Shown piece by piece: positions 58,701-64,000 of a stretch of DNA of 64,000 bases; positions within the stretch are counted from its first letter, which is position 1, and each line of letters begins with the position of its first letter. The notes below the pieces were generated by a model, which saw only the letters and a list, made by a program, of their open reading frames with translations, was not told the origin of the DNA and ran no database searches. Made by a program: the position numbers and the translations under genes. The stretch covers positions 198,730 to 262,729 of the forward strand of contig CAZUES010000001.1 of NCBI GenBank assembly GCA_964619465.1. The letters are read 5' to 3'. The DNA is from an uncultured Gemmatimonas sp. (GTDB taxonomy: Bacteria; Gemmatimonadota; Gemmatimonadetes; Gemmatimonadales; GWC2-71-9).

Positions 58701-59239
58701 CCGTGGTCCTGGATTTCGAGCCAGAAGCCCTCGGGGCCGAAAGTCTGCGAGAACCACTGCGCCGAGCGCTTGGCTTCGTCGTACCGGTCGGCGCGCAGAG
58801 CCAGCGCCACCTCGCCGGACAGGCAGGCGGCCAGACAGATGACGCCATTGGAGTGCTGCGCCAGCACCTCTTTGTCGATCCGGGGCCGACGGTAGAACCC
58901 TTCGGTGTACCCGATCGAACTCAGCTTGATCAGGTTCTGGTAGCCGACCCGGTTTTTGGCCAGCAGCACCAGGTGGCTGTAGTAGGCCGGCGCGTCCGCC
59001 GGCTTCTGGTTGGAGCGTCGGTCGCCAAAGGCCAGGTAGGCCTCGAAGCCGAGAATGGGGCGGAGCTTGCGCGCTTTGGCCGCCTCATAAAACTCCCAGG
59101 CGCCGTGCATGTTGCCGTGGTCCGTAACGGCCAGGCTGTCCATGCCCAGGGTCTGGACGTAGTCGGCCAGAACGGGGATCTGGTTGGCCCCGTCCAGCAG
59201 GGAGTACTCGCTGTGCGTGTGGAGATGGACGAATCCCAT
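55757..59239 (-). CDS. dnaE: DNA polymerase III alpha subunit
   Basis: HLHTHSEYSLLDG, GRGSAAGS, MPDIDVDF, KMDLLGL, YGFNKSH and a C-terminal OB fold; start MGFVHL at 59239. Confidence 0.97.
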   Translation of the reverse strand: MGFVHLHTHSEYSLLDGANQIPVLADYVQTLGMDSLAVTDHGNMHGAWEFYEAAKARKLRPILGFEAYLAFGDRRSNQKPADAPAYYSHLVLLAKNRVGYQNLIKLSSIGYTEGFYRRPRIDKEVLAQHSNGVICLAACLSGEVALALRADRYDEAKRSAQWFSQTFGPEGFWLEIQDHGIPDEKKVLDGMLELSRDLGLPVVATNDAHYLRREDAEAHDVLLAIGTGADLDDPKRFRFTGSETYVKSEEEMRKLFSQVPEALDNTVTVANLCEFDFEKRYFLPSFPRPVEYADDNALLTALATQGAEQRYGAPMPDPVAERLRYELGVIVTAGYSGYFLIVQDFIAAARERGIPVGPGRGSAAGSLVAYSLGITDVCPLKFDLLFERFLNPERVSMPDIDVDFCFERRGEVIEYVRTRYGRESVGQIVTFGTMKARAAVKDVARVMKIPPGEADKITKLIPSGPAYSLTIPEAVKKVPELAELVRLSPQYARMAELASRIEGISRHLSVHAAGVVIAPGPLPDYVPVCTAPTKGAGASQDGESAMITQYDMVALEKVGMLKMDLLGLKTLTVIHDAVAMVKTRHGIDLDMGALTLDDPAVYELLRRGRTAGVFQFESSLATETLRQMRCDRFDDLVASNALLRPGPLDTGMHLVFIKRKLGQEPVSYPHPSLVEVLEPTYGVITYQEQVMRIANVLAGFSLAEADVLRKAVGKKDAELIKKELGKFVERGIALGHDADLMEELSGQIETFGRYGFNKSHSVAYSVLSYQTAWLKAHYPAEFMAALLSSEIGDTDKVVQYINEARELGLEVLPPDVNQSGFKFTVIEDTRIRFGLGAVRNVGRGAIESIVGTRVDGPIISLTDLVSRIDLRLCNKRVIESLIAAGACDSMPGHRAQLMAALDNALGEAQLLHQEREAGQGSLFGDAPAPARPASSDLPDMPEWTEAERLAREKELLGFFISGHPLEPFRSEVELFGTRTTATLSTWSEQQVTIGAVVTAVKRQISKKTGKEYARLVLEDFHGTAEALVFPDAWAQLNQTIVLDGCMLLTGGYSQRDRGEDRAPFVVESARMLSDFRKIGAVALSIRWSAPNPPSANDMRALAALCASHDGPAPVYIEWNDGNGESARMQSRRLRVTPEEDLVHSLRTLLGPDAVRLVKAG

Positions 59240-59471
59240 CGTCGGAAGCTTTCTTCGGCGGCCAGCGGGCCACCCCAGCAAATTCGTGCCTTCTGATCCG
59301 GCTCCGGACGCGGCTCCGGTCAGGGGGGCACAGTCAATACCTTGTCGCTGGTCGGAGACGCTCGCGCGGGCTAGCTTTTGCTGGTTCCCAGAGCGCACAT
59401 TCGGGCGACGTTTCGGAAGCTATCCGTGGTGGCCAACGTTGTCAAAACGCATTGATTTTCAACGAGTTATC

Positions 59472-61211
59472 ATGCAAGTGACCGATACAGAGGTGTGCTA
59501 TGCCTCGCCCCGAATCCTGGGGGCGGCCCTGGCGGTTGCCGTGCTGGCCGGGTGCTCGTCGGAGCCGACCGACCCGCCGCCGCCCCCGCCGCCGCCCCCG
59601 TCCGGGGTAACGGCATGTGCCAGTCAGCCGGTCACCCAGCTCTCGGTCGGCCAGCATACCCTGATCGACCCCTCGACCCGGAACGGCTGCGTCCGAGTTC
59701 CGGTGGCTGGGGCGAATGGAGCCGAATATCTCCTGGTCGTGGCCTCCGGAACGGGGAACCGATCGACCTCCGGGGTGTCCGGTCCCTATCATCTGAGTGC
59801 GGGGAATCCTGCCTCTGCCTTATCCGCGACGGCAGCCGTGGTGCGCGACCAGAAGCCGCTTCGCATCGGGCGGCGCACCGTCGCCGATGACTTTCACGAC
59901 ATGCTGCGCCGGAGGGAGTCGGAGCTGGTGGCCAGCGGCGCCGCGCGGATCCAGGCCGCGCCGGTACCGGGCATTGCGGCAGCTCCGCCCGTGGTCGGGC
60001 ACCAGCGCACCTTCAAGGCCTGTCGGACCGTGACCTGTTCTCAGTTCGACGACGTGGCAGCCGTGGCGCGCTACGTGGGCACCAAGGCCGCGATCTACAT
60101 GGAGGTCGACGTCCCGACCGCCGATACGCTGCTCGAAGTGGACTACCAGGATCTGGGCCGTACCTTCGACATCTATCATTATCCGATCAATGCCGCGGCG
60201 TTCGGAACGGAATCCGATCTCGACAGCAACGAACGAATCGTGATTCTGCTGACCAAGTCGGTCAACAACCTCACCCCCGATTGCACCAACGGCCGGGTGC
60301 TTGGCTACTTCTATGGCGCCGACCTGATCAGCGGACCGAATTCGAATCAAGGCGAAATTTTCTACACCCTGGTGCCCAGCCCGGCAACGGCGACTTGTTC
60401 CGCCCTGAGTCGCGCCACTGCGGTACGCATCATCAAACCGACGCTGATTCACGAACTGCAGCACATGATCAACTGGAATCAGCGCGTCATCAGGCGGGGG
60501 CTCAGCAACGAGGAAGGCTGGGTCAACGAGGCGTTGTCGCACTTTGCGGAGGAACTGGGCGGACGGCTGATTCCCGATCAGGAATGCGTCGGCTACTCCT
60601 CGTGCCGGAGCCAGTATGTCTCGAGCAACATCATCAATTCGTACGATTATCTGGTCGACCCGGAAAGCCATTTCCTGGTCTTTCCGACCTCATCCAACGG
60701 CACCCTGGAGGAACGGGGCGCAAGCTGGCTCTTCCTGCGCTGGGTCGTCGATCACTTTGCAGCCGATTCGATCCTGGGGAGTGATTTCACGCCGGGTTTC
60801 GTGAGCGCAGCCGGCGGTGCAGCGTCGTTTGCGGCGCGCACCGGGATCTCATTCGCCGATCTGGTCACCGAGTGGCATCTGGCTAATTATCTCGACGATA
60901 TGCCGGGGTTCGTCGCTTCGAGTTCACGCCTCCGCCTCAAGAGCTGGGGCCTCAGGGGCGTCTGGACCAATCCGGTCAACCAGTCCACCGCCAGTCCGCC
61001 CGGACCGTTCAACGGCTTTCCGCTCACGCCGGATCAGGTTACCGGGAACTTCACCCGGTCGGGCACGCTTCGAGGTGGCAGCGCGCGGCACGTCCGGCTG
61101 GTCCAAAGCGCCAACGGCGCGGCGCTCGACGTCCGGCTGGCGCGGAATGCTGCGGGAGACGCCATCGATCCCGCTCTCGGTGCCCGGTTCGGCATCGTCC
61201 GGATCCGCTAG
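59472..61211 (+). CDS. Lipoprotein zinc metallopeptidase-like protein (M30/hyicolysin-like)
   Basis: Lipobox LAGC, poly-Pro linker, GYF, TLIHELQHMI (HExxH) and WVNEALSHFAE (third-ligand-type Glu). Confidence 0.7.
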   Translation: MQVTDTEVCYASPRILGAALAVAVLAGCSSEPTDPPPPPPPPPSGVTACASQPVTQLSVGQHTLIDPSTRNGCVRVPVAGANGAEYLLVVASGTGNRSTSGVSGPYHLSAGNPASALSATAAVVRDQKPLRIGRRTVADDFHDMLRRRESELVASGAARIQAAPVPGIAAAPPVVGHQRTFKACRTVTCSQFDDVAAVARYVGTKAAIYMEVDVPTADTLLEVDYQDLGRTFDIYHYPINAAAFGTESDLDSNERIVILLTKSVNNLTPDCTNGRVLGYFYGADLISGPNSNQGEIFYTLVPSPATATCSALSRATAVRIIKPTLIHELQHMINWNQRVIRRGLSNEEGWVNEALSHFAEELGGRLIPDQECVGYSSCRSQYVSSNIINSYDYLVDPESHFLVFPTSSNGTLEERGASWLFLRWVVDHFAADSILGSDFTPGFVSAAGGAASFAARTGISFADLVTEWHLANYLDDMPGFVASSSRLRLKSWGLRGVWTNPVNQSTASPPGPFNGFPLTPDQVTGNFTRSGTLRGGSARHVRLVQSANGAALDVRLARNAAGDAIDPALGARFGIVRIR

Positions 61212-61275
61212 AAGGGTGGTTCGGGCAGGCGGTCCGGCTTGAGCCCGCCGCCTGCTTGGGACAGATTCCCGAGCC

Positions 61276-62157
61276 ATGAAGGCCTTCCGCTTCCTCCTCG
61301 GTATCGTATGCGGCGTCTCGCCGCTTGCTGCGCAGTCGACGCGGCCCACGCCCGCCATCCTGTCCTTCCCGGCCAATGTGCGCGCCGCCGGGCTTGCCGG
61401 TGCCGGCGTCGCCATGCCGGGGTATGCGGGCTCCGTCTTCAGTAATCCGTCCGGCCTGGCCCCGATCCGCGCCTTGAGCCTCGAGGGTACCCTGGCCCGT
61501 CTGCCCGACCGGTCGACCTACAACATGGGGAGCGCGGCGTTCCGGGTCGCGGATTTCAACTTTGGCGGCGGGTACCAATACCTGCGCCTTCCCAGGAACA
61601 GCCCGGTGCACGACAATCTGAGCTGGGTTGGTACCGCGGTATACCGGCGCAGTGGTCTGGCGCTCGGCACCAGCGCCAAGTACGTCTCGGTCGAAGATTC
61701 GGCCGGGACGATTGCCCGCGCGGTGACGACGGATGTCGGGACCACCATCGCGTTCTTCGATATCGCGGCGCTCGCCCTCTCGGTCCACAATCTCGGCGAC
61801 TGGACCGTTTCGTCTGGTGGTCTCGAGTTGCCGCGTTCCTGGCGGCTCGGCTTCAGCATGAATCTGCTCGATACCTATTCCAACGGGCGGCTGCTGGCGA
61901 CGATCGAGACGGCCTGGACCGAAGGTCAGAGCCGTCGCACCGTGTTCGGACTCGAGGCGGGCGCGGTGTTCTACGGGTTGGGGCTGGTCGGGCGGATCGG
62001 ACACGGCGGGCAGCCGGACCACGTCTCAGGGACGCTGTCCAAGACGACCTACGGCGGCAGTGTCGTCGCGGGCGGTGCCCGGTTCGACTACGCCTATCAA
62101 CCTGAAAGTCCGCTCGGTAAGGGCGTCCACCTCTTCGGGGTTCGCTGGACCCCGTGA
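61276..62157 (+). CDS. Outer-membrane protein (PorV/PorQ- or FadL-like N-terminus)
   Basis: Signal peptide, AGLAGAGVA...SVFSNPSGLA, amphipathic strands, terminal FGVRW. Confidence 0.55.
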   Translation: MKAFRFLLGIVCGVSPLAAQSTRPTPAILSFPANVRAAGLAGAGVAMPGYAGSVFSNPSGLAPIRALSLEGTLARLPDRSTYNMGSAAFRVADFNFGGGYQYLRLPRNSPVHDNLSWVGTAVYRRSGLALGTSAKYVSVEDSAGTIARAVTTDVGTTIAFFDIAALALSVHNLGDWTVSSGGLELPRSWRLGFSMNLLDTYSNGRLLATIETAWTEGQSRRTVFGLEAGAVFYGLGLVGRIGHGGQPDHVSGTLSKTTYGGSVVAGGARFDYAYQPESPLGKGVHLFGVRWTP

Positions 62158-63305
62158 GAAAGAAGCGGATTGGCATGGGTATCCTGATTGCGGCGATTGC
62201 GTTGTTCGTCGGCTATGGTACGGCGTACGTGGCAAGCGATGACGTTCGCTACCTGAGCCGAGCCGGGCTCGAGCAGACCCGAATCCTGCAGAAACGGAAG
62301 CCGCTCGAGAAGATGCTGAGCGACTCGACCATTCCGGCTCGGGATCGCGCCTTTCTACAGCTGGTGCTCGAGGTGCGTGAACATGCGGCGGCCATCGGCC
62401 TGGAGGCGAAGGACACTTACACGGCATATACCGATATCGGCCGTGATACGCTGCTTTTGTCGCTCACCGGCTCCCGCAAGGACTGCATCTGCCCCGTGAC
62501 ATGGAAGTATCCCATCGTCGGACGGGTGCCGTACAAGGGGTTCTTCGACGTGGCCATGGCGGAGAAGGAAGCCGCCAAGTGGGCCGATCGCGGCTATGAC
62601 ATCTCGCTGCGTCCGGCGGCGGCGTACTCGACGCTGGGCTGGTTCAACGATCCGCTGCTGTCGACCGCGCTGGTTCGCGACTCGGTGGAGCTGGCGGCGC
62701 TCGTCTTTCATGAGATCGCCCACAATACGCTGTATCTCAAGAGCGCCACGCCGTTCAACGAGAGTGCCGCGCAGATGATCGGCTACCGGGCGGCCGAGGC
62801 GTTTTTCCGGGGTCGCGGCGACTCGGCGCGGGCGGATCGCGCCCGGGACCGCTGGCTCGATGAGATCGTGCTGGCGGAGTACTACAAGGGTCTGATCGAC
62901 ACGCTAACGGTATTCTACGGCAGTAAACCGGAGGGAGCTGCCCTGGATGAAGGACGGGCGGCCATCGGCCGCTGGTCGAAAGAGCAGCTGGAAGGCCCGG
63001 TCGGGGCGCGTCTACGTACCTACCAGGTGACCCGGCTGGCCGAGCGGCCGATCAATAACGCGCAGCTGGTGGGCGTACTGATCTACCGGACCCATCTCGA
63101 CTGGTTCGAACGCTGGTTCCAGCAGCACCAGGGCGACGTGCAGCGCAGTGTCGCCGAACTGGTGACGCTGATGGAAGGCGCCGAGGGAAGCGCCGGCTTC
63201 GATCGGTTGGCAGCCGCCATCGGCGCCGATCGCAACGCGGGCGATCAGCCGCTCAGCGGGCAGCCATTGCCGGACTCGGCTCTTTCGGAGCCGGCGGCGC
63301 CATGA
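62154..63305 (+). CDS. Predicted aminopeptidase (zinc, HExxH)
   Basis: WKYPIVGRVPYKGFF, AAYSTLGWFNDPLLST, FHEIAH, TPFNES. Confidence 0.85.
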   Translation: MRKKRIGMGILIAAIALFVGYGTAYVASDDVRYLSRAGLEQTRILQKRKPLEKMLSDSTIPARDRAFLQLVLEVREHAAAIGLEAKDTYTAYTDIGRDTLLLSLTGSRKDCICPVTWKYPIVGRVPYKGFFDVAMAEKEAAKWADRGYDISLRPAAAYSTLGWFNDPLLSTALVRDSVELAALVFHEIAHNTLYLKSATPFNESAAQMIGYRAAEAFFRGRGDSARADRARDRWLDEIVLAEYYKGLIDTLTVFYGSKPEGAALDEGRAAIGRWSKEQLEGPVGARLRTYQVTRLAERPINNAQLVGVLIYRTHLDWFERWFQQHQGDVQRSVAELVTLMEGAEGSAGFDRLAAAIGADRNAGDQPLSGQPLPDSALSEPAAP

Positions 63306-64000
63306 GATCCCGCACCGCGCCGCGGTAGCGTTCGATGTTGCCCCGCTTGATCCCTTCGTAACCGCGGATCATGTCGGGCAGGCGGGCCAGCGCCACCGCC
63401 CGGGTGTGGGTCACTTCCGACAGTGCAGCTAATTCTGCTTCGATCATCTCCCGGTATTCGACGATCAGCGCCCGTTCGAGCCGGCGGATCGCGTCGCGCC
63501 CGAACGGGTCGAGCCAGGAGCCACGCAGACCGCGCACTGCGCGCAACAAGCGGAACGCCGGCCGGAACCAGGCGCCGAGTGCGAGCTTCCGCTTGAGCCC
63601 CATGGCGCGCAGCACCGGCGGGTGCAGCCGGAACTGAATCGCGGCGCCGGCCCCGACGGCCTCATCCAGCGACGTCTGAAACGCCGGATCGAGCATCAGG
63701 CGGGCCACCTCGTACTCGTCTTTGTACGCCATCAGCTTGTAGAGATAACGGGCGACCGCTTCCGCCAGCTCGGAACCGAGCCCGAGCGCCTGCTCCCGTG
63801 CTGCCACCTGTTCGACGAAGGCAAGGTAGCGTTCTGCATAGCCGAGGTTCTGGTACGCGACCAGATCCGCCGTGCGCATCGTGAGCAGGCGTTCGAGTTC
63901 CGGGCTGGTTGCGGCGGTTTGAATACGGCTTCGCAGCTGTTCGGGAAGGGCAGCGGACGGGGCCGGAGCGGTGGCGCCGTGGTCGGCCCCGGCTGTCGCT
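63253..64000 (-). CDS. Indolepyruvate ferredoxin oxidoreductase family protein, C-terminal part (partial)
   Basis: LVAYQN..YA.RY, YKLMAYKDEYEVARL, FRLHPP, LRGSWLDPFG, PDMIRGYE.IK; open to the right edge. Confidence 0.8.
   Translation of the reverse strand, partial: ATAGADHGATAPAPSAALPEQLRSRIQTAATSPELERLLTMRTADLVAYQNLGYAERYLAFVEQVAAREQALGLGSELAEAVARYLYKLMAYKDEYEVARLMLDPAFQTSLDEAVGAGAAIQFRLHPPVLRAMGLKRKLALGAWFRPAFRLLRAVRGLRGSWLDPFGRDAIRRLERALIVEYREMIEAELAALSEVTHTRAVALARLPDMIRGYEGIKRGNIERYRGAVRDLMAPPAPKEPSPAMAAR

Noticed and set aside
55757-59239. Intein or split in dnaE (or dnaE2)
   Set aside because: Normal length and continuous motifs; no intein-type insertion seen.
59278-59290. Sigma54-like GGCACGAATTTGC on the minus strand upstream of dnaE
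   Set aside because: Spacing is GG-N9-GC; sigma54 requires N10.

Overview
A ~65% GC bacterial window; the gene style suggests Gemmatimonadota (inference, not verified). No rRNA, tRNA, CRISPR array or transposase was recognised. (1) 1-24.5 kb: a hybrid NRPS/type I PKS cluster, which runs off the left edge. The NRPS is A-T-C-A[luciferase-like monooxygenase inserted]-T and is followed by a KS-AT PKS. It is transcribed divergently from an exopolysaccharide locus containing three full glycosyltransferases plus a short GT2-like ORF, EpsI, exosortase, a priming sugar transferase, Wza-like and Wzc genes, a degenerate REC-GGDEF protein, a sigma54 NtrC-family activator, a soluble histidine kinase and WecB. 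Sigma54 -24/-12 promoters and a shared 40-bp tandem motif (27/40 identical) occur in the NRPS/GT and Wzc/activator intergenic regions, suggesting one regulon. This is the best candidate for a little-characterised system: a small molecule or lipid made for, or attached to, an exported glycan. (2) 24.5-38.7 kb: accessory genes, including a baeRF3-like release-factor homolog, secreted hypotheticals, a TonB-like/beta-barrel pair, thiE, an imuA-imuB-dnaE2 cassette with a candidate operator, a CPBP protease and tandem M19 dipeptidases. (3) 38.8-47.5 kb: NAD-dependent formate dehydrogenase fdsGBAD, a DASS transporter, fdhD and a LysR regulator with a matching box. (4) 47.5-64 kb: DsbA, TPM-nucleotidyltransferase-LemA, M23 peptidase, metG, PSP1/RicT, accA, dnaE, secreted metallopeptidase-like genes and a partial indolepyruvate oxidoreductase-family gene. 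All domain calls come from motifs read by eye; no database searches were run.
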